Part shown: positions 47,150-59,700 of the stretch, in pieces
Position numbering within the stretch: the first letter of the stretch is position 1
Layout of the letters: every line of letters begins with the position of its first letter
Source: Torpedo marmorata
Taxonomy: Eukaryota
Assembly (NCBI GenBank): GCA_977017645.1
Contig: OZ360250.1
Span: 36,146,001 to 36,210,000 of the forward strand
DNA length: 64,000 nucleotides
Direction of reading: 5' to 3'
Program-made: the position numbers and the translations under genes
The notes under the pieces: model-generated
What the model saw: the letters and a program-made list of their open reading frames with translations, nothing else
Told to the model about the DNA's origin: nothing
Databases searched by the model: none

Positions 47150-48485
47150 TCATTAAAGAAGATATAGCGAGGCATCTGGAGCGAAATGGATCCATCAGGC
47201 AGATGCAGCATGGATTCAGCAAAAGCAGGTCCTGTTTGACAAATTTACTAGAGTTCTTTGAGGATATAACGAGCGCGGTAGATAGAGGGGAGCAGATGGA
47301 CATTGTTTACCTCGATTTCCGCATAAGAGACTTATACAGACGATAAGGATGCATAGAGTTGGGGGTGATGTATTAGCATGGGTAGACGATTGGTTTACCA
47401 TCAGAAAGCAAAGAGTTAGGGTACAGGGGTTTTTTCTGGTTGGCAAGTGGTGGTGAGCCATGTGCCACAGGGGTCGGTGCTGGGTCCACAACTGTTCACG
47501 ATATACATTAATGATCTGGAAGATATCTAAGTGTAAGTGTAAGGTATCTAAGATTGCTGATGACACTAAATTGAGTGGAAAAGCAAATTATACAGAGGAT
47601 ATGGAGAGACGGCAGAGAGATATAGATAGGTTAAGTGAGTGGGCAAGGGTCTGGCAGATGGAGTACAATGTTGGGAAATGTGAGGTTATCCACTTTGGAA
47701 GGAAAAATGGAAGATCAGAATAATATTTAAATGGCAAGCGATTGCAGCATGCTGCTGTGCAGAAGGAGTTGGGAGGGCTTGTGCATGAATCGCAAAAGTT
47801 TGGTTTGCAGGTGCAGCAGGCTATCAAGAATGCAAATGGAATGTTGGCCTTCATTGCTAGAGGGATTGAATTTAGGAGCAGGGAGGCTCTGCTGCAACTG
47901 TACAAGGTACTGGTGAGGCCGCATCTGGAGTACTGCGTGCAGTTCTGGTCTCCTTACTTGAGGAAGGATGTACTGGCTTTGGAGGCGGTCCAGAGGAGGT
48001 TCACCAGGTTGATTCCAGAGATGAAGGTGTTAGCGTATGAGGAGAGATTGAGTTGTTTGGGACTGTACTCACTGGAATTTAGAAGAATGAGAGGGGATTT
48101 TATAGAAACATATAAAATTATGAAAGGCATAGATTAGATAGAGGTAAGTTGTTTCCATTGGTGGGGGAGACCAGAACTAGGGGACAGAGCCTCAAGATCC
48201 AGGGTAGTAGATTTAGGACGGAGATAAGGAGGAATTGCTTTTCCCAGAGGGTGGTGAATCTGTGGAATTCGCTGCCCATTGAAGCAGTGGAAGCTACCTC
48301 AGTAAATATATTTAAGACAAGGTTGGATAGATTTTTACATTGTAGGGGAATTAAGGGATATGGGGAAAAGGCAGGTAGGTGGAGATGAGCCTATCATCAG
48401 ATCAGCCATGATCTCATTGAATGGTGGAGCAGGCTCGACGGGTCGGATGGCCGACTCCTGCTCCTATTTCTTTTATGTTCTTAAG
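47150..48485 (+). mobile_element. 5'-truncated CR1, same subfamily as 35281-37205 in opposite orientation
   Basis: QHGFSKSRSCLTNL, KIADDTK, RPHLEYCVQFW; same 3' UTR ggccgactcctgctcctattt. Confidence 0.9.
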
Positions 48486-49854
48486 ATGGGCTGAATAGCT
48501 TCTTTCAATGTCGGAACAAGTCCATCCAGCAACTTGCTGCTTGCAGAATTCGATTGTAATGTTTTAATGGTTCCCTTTCTAGCTTAAGTTTCAAGTCAGG
48601 GTGGAACCTGGCAGCAACAAGATGTTCTTATGCCATGAAACATTAAAAATGTAAACAGAAAGTTAACTTGCATCTTTAGTGCCATGTCTTCAAAATAAAT
48701 TCCTCCATTTACATAACGCAGAAATCATTTGGTCATTTTCTACCCCGCTGTCCACTGCCTGTCTAGCAGTTTCTGGGTTGCCTTGACATTACATTTGGTG
48801 CTCGTATCCCAACTAATTCTGGGGTGATGCATCAACTCAGAACATTACCCCAGGCTCCCATCCTTTAATACAATGACTCACAAGGTGATAGTTGACTTAG
48901 AGTCAGAAATTGTCTCTATTAAGAACACAAGTGTGCATACACATAAACAAGAAAAAGGATTATTACAATTACTGCAGATTACACATGACATGTTTAACGT
49001 ATCCTAAACATTCATCAGTAACTAATTACAATTACCTCCTGGTGAACTTGCAGTAATCATGTCATGGTATTAACCTCTGGTGCAAATAATTCACAGCGTG
49101 AAACTTTGAGATGTTTCGTTAAGAGAAAGCATTTTATAAATGTGTAGCTTATTAGTGCAGAAACAAATTGAGGTACACTAACACGGAATACAGAAACAAC
49201 AAGGGAATAGCGGTGAAACTGCAGGAATTTCATTTGATAACCCTAGGATTTTAACATAGTTTATATGAAAATAACTAAATTAACACTGATCTTCAGGAGG
49301 TTAAATGCACTAAATAAGGCTTCCAAGTACGGAGAAGAACTCGCACTTCCCGCGGAGCATGGTAGTAGGAGACAGCTTAGTTCCTTTAGCTACTTCCACA
49401 CCTTCCATATTCCAAAGGCCTATTTATTTATTTGAGGGGAGCCGAGGATTGTGGTGGGAATAAAGGTTGCCTTCCTCACCAGAAATGCTAAAGGGCCAAT
49501 TATAAGGTCACGGACACATCACACACTCAACTCTTCTTTAGGAGATAATTGCATTCAGTCACTGATAAATGTCCAGGATAAGTTAACGATGGACCAAAAG
49601 CTGTTTTATTCAACGGTAATACAAAGTCAGGGGGCCATCACAGACCATTTCTTTCATTTGGGGATAACTGTGATCAGTTACTGATAAATATTTCCAACAA
49701 GATAACCGCACTCTGCAAAATCTACAGTGAATATAATAATCCTTTCTCCATTCAAGATTAATGGAGGCGTATTATGACTTTTAAAAGCCAGTTCCTTGTG
49801 ATGCATGGCATTAATGGACAAAGAGAAGGGAATGTGAAGAAGTATTTCACACAC

Positions 49855-50950
49855 AAGATCACAGATATAGGAGCAGAAGGAGGCCCATTGGCCCATCGAG
49901 TCTGCTCCACCATTCTAATCATGAGCTGATCCATCCTCCCACTCAGCCCCACTCCCCGGCTTTCTCCCCGTAACCCTTGATGCCCTGACTGAACAAATAC
50001 CTGTTAATCTCTGCCTTAAATACACCCAACGACCACTTCCACAGCCACCAGTAGCAACAAGTTCCACAGAATCATGACTCTCTGACTAAAGAAATTTTTC
50101 CGCATCCATTTTAAATTGACGCCCTCTTGTCCGAGAATCCCCTACCATGGGAAACATCCTTGCCACATCTACTCTATCCAGGCCTTGCAGCATTCGAAAT
50201 GCCTCTATGAGGCCCCCCCTCATCCTCTTGTACTCCAACGAGTACAGTCCAAGAGCTGACAATCATTCCTCATATGCTAACCCTTTCATCCCTGGTATAA
50301 TTCTAATAAATCTTTTCTGAACACTCTCCAATGCCAGCACGTATTTTCTCAAATAAGGCGCCCAGTACTCCAAGTGAGGTTTCACCAGTGCTTTATAGAG
50401 TCTCAACATTACATCCCTGCTCTTATATGCTATTCCTCTAGAAATGAATGCCAACATTGCATCCGCGTTCTTCACCACCGACTCAACCTGGAGGTTAACC
50501 TTTGAGGTATCCTAAACTTTTTTATTGAAAAAAGAGGTCAACCTTTAGAGCAGTGATTTTCAAACTTTTTCTTTCCACTCACATACCACCTTAAGTAATC
50601 CTTATGCCATGGGTGCTCTGTGATTAGTAAGGGATTACTTAAGGTGGTATGTGAGTGGGGAAAAAAAGGTTGAGAACCACTGCTCTGGACCCAATTAAAT
50701 ATTTTGAAATATTTTGCTTGAGAAAAATTGTCATTGGCCCATTTCCTTTGGGGTTATGAAACCGTGCACATAACGAGTCAATTAGGTACGATTAAAACAG
50801 TGGTTTTCAAACTTTTTCTTTCCACTCACATACCACCTTAAGTAATCCCTTACTAATCACAGAGCACCTATAGCATAGGGATTACTTAAAGTGGTATGTA
50901 AGTGGAAAGAAAAAGTTTGAAAACCACTGGTTTAGAGAATCCTGCACGAT
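49855..50950 (-). mobile_element. CR1 3' fragment with a nested hAT MITE
   Basis: ORF 50263..50478 (LYKALVKPHLEY); 3' tail cacaagatcacagatataggagcag. Confidence 0.8.
50551..50929. mobile_element. Composite hAT (Charlie-like) MITE made of two palindromic units
   Basis: Units 50551-50682 and 50798-50929 each resemble 33534-33694; outer 8-bp TSD ctttagag / gtttagag. Confidence 0.8.
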
Positions 50951-51111
50951 TTACTGAAGATTACTTCAATATTGGCTGTTTTGCACTGTCAAAGTTTAAT
51001 TTAGTCAAGACCCTTAGCAAAGGGGAGGAAGAAAAGAACAACTTGGCCTCAGTCCAGACTTGGTGAGAGACAGAAGGTAGAACCAATCAGACTTTGAGGA
51101 AATGCTAATCA

Positions 51112-51396
51112 TGTAGGCTGCAGGAGTATATGCTGAGGGACGCACTGAGGCTTGCTGCAGCAAACGTGAGGGCACTGTGGGGAAGGACCACAGTCTAGAG
51201 TCCTTCGGTTACTGGGCATTGAGAGAGAGGGGAAGTCCCTCAAACAACAGAGGGGGGAGAAGTGACAGGGTGCCACAGTGGTGGTAACGGTGTAAGTGAT
51301 GGAAATGTATGGATATGAAAGTAGGGGTGGTAACAGACTATGTACGGTTTTCCTATAGTAAATAACTTATTGTAAATAAAGTCTATTTTTGGAAAA
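51112..51396 (+). mobile_element. Tx1-like (L1 group) LINE extreme 3' end
   Basis: Encodes RLQEYMLRDALRLAAANVRALWGRTTV then stop; AATAAA and A-tail; 12-bp TSD aaatgctaatca at 51100-51111 and 51397-51408. Confidence 0.7.
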
Positions 51397-51421
51397 AAAT
51401 GCTAATCACATAATGTGAGTA

Positions 51422-51829
51422 CTGTATATACTCGTGTAATAATCAAATTTTGGGGACCAATTTTTCGGGTCAATTTGGGGGGTCGACATTTACACGGATA
51501 TTACTTTTGGCCGCGGTAAGAACCTGCGTCATTCAAGGCGTCGGAAGCTCGGATGGCTGGGACTGGGTGGTAAGTCTGCGTTCGGGGCGTCGGGAGCACA
51601 GATGGGCGGGAGGCCGAGGCGAAGATCCGTGGTCAGGGCATTGGAAACTCGGATGGGCGGGCGGCTGAGGCGAGGGATTGCGGTCGGGCCGTCGGGAGCT
51701 CGGATGGGCGGGCGGCCGGGGTGAGGATCCGCGGTCGGAGTGTCGGGAGCTCGGATGGACAGGCGGTCAGGGCCAAAAATAGAGGGGTTGACTTTTGCAC
51801 GCAATCGACTATCACACGAGTATATACGA
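51422..51829. mobile_element. Tc2/pogo-like MITE with internal ~50-bp GC-rich tandem repeats
   Basis: TIR ctgtatatactcgtgt / acacgagtatatacga with TA flanks; the unit gtcgggagctcggatgggcggg recurs about five times. Confidence 0.75.
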
Positions 51830-52143
51830 TATCTTTCTACCTGCTAACAGGGCAGAGCTGAATTATTACCTGTATTTTCAATAGTGTTTTGCTTGCTCCT
51901 TTATGTTTGCACAATCTTCTGTTTTGGTCTTGGCCCTCCTGGATGCTGATCATTTGGGGGCACGTAATGGATCACGGAATCCAGGCTTAATACCTAAGAG
52001 ATCTATTGCTTTGATCCTTGGGCCACACCATCATTTGACTGCACATTGGTCACATTAAAAAAAAACCTTGGGCTGTAAGGAAAGGTCATGCTCATTTATG
52101 GAACAGGTTGACGGCACTGCATCCAGGAATGATTTGTAACGAT

Positions 52144-52935
52144 GTCAAGTCAAGTTTATTATCATCTGATTGCACAAGTACAACCCGACGAAACAGCGTT
52201 GTGTGGTCCTCAGTACAAAACACGCAGACGCACAACCTGATATAACTCACATACAGACAAACAATACATATGCAGGACAACTCTTCATACATACAAATAA
52301 ATAAATAAATATTGTTTCATAAATATGAGAGTTTCAGATGGTTAGTGTGAGCAGTTCCTTTGGTCGTTCAGCATTCTCACTGCCCGTGGGAAGAAGCTGT
52401 TCCTCAGCCTGGTGGTGCTGGCTCTGATACTCCTGTATCTCTTTCCCGACGGGAGCAGCTGAAAGGTGCTGTGTGTGGGGTGGAAGGGGTCCTCAATGAT
52501 TTTGCGCGCCCTCTTCAGACAACGATCCCAGAAAATCACATCGATGGGATGGCGGGGAGGGAGTCTCCAGTGATCCTCTCTGCCACTCTTATGGTCCTGT
52601 GGGTTGACCTCCAATCCATTTTACTGCAGCTACCGTACCACACTGTGATGCAGCCGGCCAGGACGCTCTTGATAGAGCTCCTGTAGCAGGTTGACATGAT
52701 GTCACCGGTAGCCTTGCTCGATTCAGTCTTTTCAGGAAGTGCAGTTGCTGTTGCTCCTTCCTGAGATGTGAGGAGATGTTGTGTGTCCATGAGAGGTCAC
52801 TAGTTAAGTGAACTCCAAGGAACTTGGTGCTTTCCACTCTCTCCACTCCAGAGTTATTGATGTGTAGTGGAGGGTGGTCGTTCCTGGTCCTACTGAAGTC
52901 CACGATCATCTCCTTCATCTTGCCCACGTTGGGAC
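52144..52935 (-). mobile_element. Rex1/Babar 3' fragment
   Basis: KEMIVDF, KFLGVHL, RSIRASTTRLRNSFFP; tail aataaacttgacttgac. Confidence 0.87.
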
Positions 52936-53169
52936 TCATTTTACATGTGACTTCAATTAGGCAGCAACTTTGCAAACCCATTTATCAATCTCTGCATTGC
53001 ATCAGTGATTGTAAAACTGTAGCAACCAACAGGGGCTGCCAATTGGCCCATCATTCCAATAGATACCAGAAGAATAATCCCATCAAACCCATTCCTCCTC
53101 ACCCAGTAAATTCTCTCCCCCAATTCCCTTTTGAAAGCATGGATCAAATCTGTAATTAATCCTTTTATC

Positions 53170-54200
53170 ATAGAGTCATAATGCTACACTGCACAGACCA
53201 GATCCTTCAGCCCATCTGTTCATGCTGACCATTATCTATCTGAACTAATCCTATTTGCCTGCATTCCACCCATCTCCTTCTGAACCTTTCCTCTCAAAAC
53301 ACCTATCTAAATGTCTTTGGTGTGTCACCAAAGGCAGTGGCAAATTTCTACAGGTGTACCGTGGAGAGCATTCTGACTGGTTGCGTCACTGTCTGGTACG
53401 GAGGTGCCGATGCACAGGACAAGAAAAAAACTAACAGAGAGTCGTGAACTCGGCCAGCGCCATCATGGGCGTCAGTCTCCACTCCATCGAGGACATCTAA
53501 AGAGGCGGTGTCTCAAGAAAGCAGCCTCTATCCTCAAGGACCCCCCCACCACCCAGGCCATGCCCTCTTCACTCTGCTACCATCGGGAAAAAGGTACAGG
53601 AGCCTGAAGACGAACACCCAGCCGCACAAGGACAGCTTCTTCCCCTCTGCCATCAGATTTCTAAATGGACAATGAACCACAGACACTACCTCACTTTCTC
53701 TTATTTTGCACTAATGTATTTATCTTTAAATGTAATTTTATAGCAATATTTGCACTGAAATGCTGCCGCAAAACAACGAATTTCATGACATGTTCATGAC
53801 AATAAATTCTGATTCTGATTAATTGTACCTGCCTATACAGCTTCACGTGGCATGTGTGTGTGAAAAACTTGCCTCCCGGGACCTTTTAAAATCTTTCCTC
53901 TCCCACCTTAAATCTATGCCCTCTGGTTTTAGACTCTGTCTTTGGGGAAAATATTATTGCTATGTACCTTACGTATGGCTCTCATGATTTTATATTCCTC
54001 TACATGGTCTTCCTTTAGCCTCCTATGTTCGAGGGAAAAGAGTGCTAGCCTCTTTATACCAGAGATTATTCAGTCCCAGTAACATCCTTGTGAACCTGTA
54101 GTGCATCCTTTTCTGCTTAATGACATCCTTCCTATAGCAGGTGGCCAGAGAGGCACACAATACTCCAAATGTGGCCGTATCACCATCATGCAACATGACA
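53170..54200 (-). mobile_element. Old CR1 3' fragment split by a Rex1 insertion
   Basis: YRKDVIK...RFTRMLLG in ORF 54023..54214; degenerate 3' UTR at 53170-53315. Confidence 0.55.
53316..53820 (+). mobile_element. Rex1/Babar 3' fragment
   Basis: ttctacaggtgtaccgtggagagc...; tail aataaattctgattctgatt. Confidence 0.85.
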
Positions 54201-54219
54201 TACAGCAACAACACACAAT

Positions 54220-54742
54220 GCTGGTCACCTCATTATGGGAAGGATGTGGAAGCTATGGAGAGGGTGCAGAGGAGATTTAACAGGATGTTGCCTGGAGCGG
54301 AAAACGAGCCTTATGAGGCAAAGTTAGCAGAGCTGGGACTTTTCTCTTTGGATCGAAGAAGGACGAGAGGTGACTTAATAGAGTTCTACAAGATTCTGAG
54401 AGGCACAGGTAAGGTGAACAGCCAGCGCCTTTTTCCCAGGACGGGAATAGCAAACACCAGAGGACATCTGTACAAAGTGAAGGGAGGAAAGTTTAGGGGA
54501 GACATCAGGGGTAAGTTTGTTTTACACAACGGTTTTGGGTGCCTGGAATGCCTTGCCAGGCATGGTGGTGGAAGCTGAAACATTAGGTGCGTTTAAGAGA
54601 CCCTTAGACAGGCACACAGATGAAAGAAAAATAGAGGGATACGAGGTAGGAAGGGTTTCGTTTTTTTTTGGTATAAATATATGGGTCGGCACAACATCGA
54701 GGGCCGAAGGGCCTGTACTGTTCTGTAGTGTTCTATGTTCTA
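54220..54742 (+). mobile_element. CR1 3' fragment, same subfamily as the 3' end at 41211
   Basis: WSPHYGKDVEAMERVQRRF...; tail tgttctatgttct. Confidence 0.87.
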
Positions 54743-54821
54743 AATCAGCAGGTCAAGCACCATCCATGGAAGACAATAGACAGTCCAAAATGCAGGCTGA
54801 GACCCTTCATCGTTGGAGTAC

Positions 54822-55224
54822 AGAAGGATGAGCGGGGACCTCACAGAGACATTTCGAATGCTGAAAGGCCTGGACAGAGCAGATGTAGGAAGGTTGTTTT
54901 TTTTTCTCCATGGTAGGGTAATCTAGGACAAGAGGGCATAACTTCAGGATAAAAGGGCATCAATTTAAAACAGATGCGGAAAAATTTCTTTAGTCGGAGG
55001 GTCGTGAGTCTGTGGAATTTGTTGCCACTGGCGGCTGTGGAAGCAAGGTCGTTGGGTGTATTTAAGGCAGAGATTGACAGGTATTTGATTAGTCAGGGCA
55101 TCAAGGGTTACGGGGAGAAAGCCGGGGAGTGGGGCTGAGTGGGAGGATGGATCAGCTCATGATTAGAACGGCGGATCAGACTCGATGGGCCGATGTGCCC
55201 ACTTCTGCTCCTATATCTTGTGAT
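54822..55224 (+). mobile_element. CR1 3' fragment, inverted copy of the 49855 subfamily
   Basis: 55080-55222 is the reverse complement of ~49858-50000. Confidence 0.8.
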
Positions 55225-55344
55225 CAGGAACCATTGTTCTTGCTGCCATCATCCTATATACTTGGTCCTCTAATTCCCATTGACCATTGGGTGGCTTTTC
55301 ATACAACCCCAATGTGATGTTGTTGGGACTGTACCGACATGAAT

Positions 55345-55433
55345 AGTGTTGTCACAATATGGCCTGCAGGAAAAAGGATCTCAGGGTTGTATGTGATGTC
55401 GTGTATGTACTCTGACAATAAATCTGAAATCTG
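55345..55433 (+). mobile_element. Rex1 extreme 3' tail
   Basis: ctcagggttgtatgtgatgtcgtgtatgtactctgacaataaatctgaaatctga. Confidence 0.7.
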
Positions 55434-56043
55434 ATAGAAAAATATAAGAACTTTTCCATACATTTCTGCCAATTTCTAATACAATATTTAGAAATATTGG
55501 ATTATGGATGCTGCAGTAGCAATGACCAAAGGTAATTAATTATTCTCAGCTTCATGAAAATCCATTTCAACACAGTTGAGAATAGAACTACATGTGGTCA
55601 GCATTGCACTTTGCACCTAATCTATAAAAGGTGACATGCTATCGAGTCCTTGGGTCATTGATTGGGCTGTGCTGCATTAGCTACTCTCAGCTGGATTGTT
55701 GGTGGTCCACGGCATCCTGGGTCCACTAAAAGTAGAAAGAGTGGCACAAGTTGAACCTTGGACCTTCTAGGTCTAAATCATCAGTAACACGTTCTACATT
55801 TACCCCCAGGGTCATTAGACAAGGAGATTCATTGCTGACTAAGCTAGTTACAAATTCAATAGTGTACTGAAAAATATAGGTCTTTGAGAACAGTCAATTC
55901 TTTACCTTCGTACCTTTGACCTGCTGGATTGCAACAGCAAGTACACATTACAGCAAAAGCCCATGAACATGCCCTGCGTCAGAATTCCAGAGTCAGTACA
56001 AATTCCAACGTGCCTGCGCAGACATTCCCAGAGCTTTATCTAT

Positions 56044-56308
56044 GGTTGGCGTAGCGGTTAGAGTAATGCCTTTACAGCGCCAGAGATCGGGACCGGACTG
56101 GGGTTCGAATCCCGCGCTGTCTTGTCTGTAAGGAGTTTGTACGTTCTCCCCGTGTATGCGTGGGTTTTCTCCTGGGGCTCCGGTTTCCTCCCACCTTTCA
56201 AAATGTACCGGGGGTGTAGGTTAATGGGGTGTAAATTGGGCGGCACGAACTCGTAGGGCTGAAATGGCCTGTTACAGTGCTGTAAGTCTAAATTAAAAAA
56301 TTTAAATA
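56044..56308 (+). mobile_element. Full-length HE1/V-SINE (tRNA-derived head, V domain, CR1-like tail)
   Basis: A box tggcgtagcgg, B box ggttcgaatcc, gtacgttctccccgtgtatgcgtgggtttt, AT-rich tail. Confidence 0.85.
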
Positions 56309-56594
56309 CATTAATCAAAGAAACGACAGCGTCCAGCTACTTTCTGAGTTGATGTAGCATCTTCGAAGGCTATTTAACAAATTTATTGCTGTCAAGTTCC
56401 AGAAAGTACCCTCAAATCAAGAACTAAGAATATTGAGACATCAACAACCAGCTATGAAGGTCACATGAGCAACAGGATAACCTGACCAATATACACTGAA
56501 ACACGCTGTGCACTTATAGTAAATAATGGCTCATCCACAGGTGATGAATGGAATATCACAGCACAAAACCCAGAGGAAGAAGGCCGACACGTAC

Positions 56595-56708
56595 CTAGCT
56601 CTGTCATCATTGGGATGTTGGCTCCTGTGGTGATGGAAGTCTGCCGTACCAGACCGTGGACAGGACTGTTGTCTGGTGATGTTCTGTCCATCCCTGGAGG
56701 TGTGAATC
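56595..56708 (-). CDS. KCNMA1: KCNMA1 coding exon (114 nt, phase 1-1): [38 protein letters not shown]
   Basis: Acceptor tttctttcatAG, donor GTacgt; translation matches Slo1 [38 protein letters not shown]. Confidence 0.96.
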
Positions 56709-56799
56709 CTATGAAAGAAATAATGGAGGCATCAAATCAAACTCCTACCTCTCCTAATCGGCAAGAGGAACACTCTCAAACAATGATGAGATGGAGGGG

Positions 56800-59700
56800 A
56801 AGCTACAGGAGAGGCCAGCGAGGAGTGGCCCAGTGAGTGAGTGGCACAGGGAAGTAGAGCACTGAGGCTTTGGCGAGCTGAGGGAGGAGAGAGCGACCAG
56901 CGATTGATGAGTATAAAAGATTAACTTTTATAAAGTGATTTATATATATTTGATTTAAATTAATTTAAGGGTAAGTCATGTCAGGTGAGATCAGCCCCGT
57001 GGTTTGTGCATCCTGCGGCATGTGGGAAATCAGGGATACTTCCAGTGTCCCTGACGACTATGTGTGTAGGAAGTGTGTCCAACTGCAGCTCCTGGCTGAC
57101 CGCATTGAGCGGCTGGAGCTGCGGTTGGATTCTTATTGTGGAATCCACGATGCTGAGAAAGTCGTGAATAGCATGTTCAGTGAGTTGGCCGCTCTGCAGG
57201 TAAAGGTTACACAGATAGAAAGGGAATGGCTGGCCACTAGCCAGCGAGGCAGTAGGCAGGTAGTGCAGGAGTCCCCTGCGGTCATCTCCCTCCTCAACAG
57301 ATATAACATTTTGAATACTGTTGGGGGAGATGGCTCATCAGGGGAAGGCAGCAGCAGCCATGGGTGGCTCTGCGGCACAGGAGGGGAGGAAAAAGAGTGG
57401 GAGAGCTATAGAGATAGGGGATTCGATTGTAAGGGGAAGAGATAGGCAATTCTGCAGCCGCAAACGAGACTCCAGGATGGTATCTTGTCTCCCTGGTGCA
57501 AGGGTCAAGGATGCCTCTGAGCGGCTGCAGAATATTCTGGAGGGGGAGGGTGAACAGCCAGTTGTCGTAGTGCACATAGGTACCAACGACATAGGTAAAA
57601 AACGGGATGAGGTCCTACAAGGTGAATTCAGGGAGTTAGGAGATGAACTAAAAAGTAGGACCGCAAAGTAATAATCTCTGGATTACTACCAGTGCCTCGT
57701 GCTAGTCAGAGTAAAAATAGGAGGATTTATCAGATGAATATGTGGCTTGAAAAATGGTGTAAGGGGGAGGGATTCAAATTTCTGGGGCATTGGAACCATT
57801 TCTGGGGGAGGTGGGACCGGTACAAACAGGATGGTCTGCACCTGGACTGGACTGGAACCAATGTCCTCGGGGGTGTGTTTGCTACTGTTGTTCGGGAGGA
57901 TTTAAACTAATATGGCAGGGGGATGGGAACAAGTGTAAAGAAACAGAGGGGTGTAAAATGAGGGTAAAAGCAAAAGGTAGCAAGGTAAAAAGTAGAAGTG
58001 GCAGGCAGGCAAATCCTGGGCAAAAAACAATTAGGGCCACTTTTCAACATAAATGTATAAGGGCTAAGAGTGTTGTAAAAACAAGCCTGAAGGCTTTGTG
58101 TCTCAATGCAAGGAGTATTCGTAATAAGGTGGATGTGCAGATAGTTATTAATGAATATGATATTGTTGGGATCACAGAGACATGGCTCCAGGGTGACCAC
58201 GGCTGGGAGCTCAACAACCAGGGATATTCAATATTCAGGAGGGATAGACAGATGGAAAAGGAGGTGGGGTTGCGCTGCTGGTTAGGGAAGAGATTAGCGC
58301 GATATAAAGGAAGGACATTAGCTTGGAGGATGTGGAATTATGGGTAGAGCTGCAAAAGACTAAGGGGCAGAAAACGCTGGTGGGAGTTGTGTACAGGCCA
58401 CCTGACAGTAGTAGAGAGGCTGGGGATGGCATTAAACAGGAAATTAGAAATGCGTGCAACAAAGGTACAGCAGTTATAATGGGTGACTTTAATCTACATA
58501 TAGATTGGGTGAACCAAATTGGTAAGGGTGCTGAGGAAGAGGATTTCTTGGAATGTTTGCGGGATGGTTCTCTAAACCAACATGTCGAGGAACCAACTAG
58601 AGAGCAGGCCATTCTAGACTGGGTATTGAGCAATGAGGAAGGGTTAGTTAGCAATCTTGTTGTGCGAGGCCCCTTGGGCAAGAGTGACCATAATATGGTG
58701 GAATTCTTCATTAAGATGGAGAGTGACATAGTTAATTCAGAAACAAGGGTTCTGAACTTAGAGAAGGGTAACTTTGAGGGTATGAGATGTGAATTGGCTA
58801 AGATAGACTGGCAAATGATACTTAAGGGGTTGATGGTGGATATGCAATGGCAAGAATTTAAAGATCGCATGGATGAACTACAACTGTTCATCCCATTTTG
58901 GCAAAAGAATAAACCAGGGAAGATAGTGCACCCGTGGCTAACAAGGGAAATCAGGGATAGTATCAAATCCAAAGGGGTAACGTATAAATTAGCTAGAAAA
59001 AGCACCATGCCTGAGGACTGGGAGAAATTCAGAGTCCAGCAGAGGAGGACAAAGGGCCTAATTAGGAAAGGGAAAATAGATTATGAGAGAAAGCTGGCAG
59101 GGAACATAAAAACTGACTGTAAAAGCTTTTACAGATATGTGAAGAGAAAAAGATTAGTTAAGACAAATGTAGGTCCCTTACAGACAGAAACAGGTGACTT
59201 GATCATGGGGAACAAGGACATGGCAGACCAATTGAATAACTACTTTGGTTCTGTCTTCACTAAGGAGGACATAAATAATATTCCGGAAATAGTAGGGGAC
59301 CGAGGGTCTAATGAGATGGAGGAACTGAAGGAAATACATGTTAGTCGGGAAGTTGTGTTAGGTAAATTGAAGGGATTAAAGTCAGATAAATCCCCAGGGG
59401 CAGATAGTCTGCATCCCAGAGTGCTTAAGGAAGTAGCCCCAGAAATAGTGGATGCATTAGTGATAATTTTTCAAAACTCTTTAGATTCTGGAGTAGTTCC
59501 TGAGGATTGGAGGGTAGCTAATGTAACCCCACTTTTCAAAAAGGGAGGGAGAGAGAAAACAGGGAATTATAGACCAGTTAGCCTGACGTTGGTAGTAGGG
59601 AAAATGCTAGAGTCAGATAATAAAGATGTGATAGCAGCACATTTGGAAAGCGGTGAAATCATCGGACTAAGTCAGCATGGATTTATGAAAGGAAAATCAT

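Noticed and set aside
56044-56120. tRNA gene (A and B boxes; also 25921, 33356, 62428)
   Set aside because: No complete cloverleaf, and each continues into the V-SINE body and tail, so these are SINE heads.
58235-59008. Long antisense ORFs (also 44455..44916, 59672..60163, 60245..60706)
   Set aside because: Reverse-strand shadows of CR1 ORF2 with no independent protein motifs.
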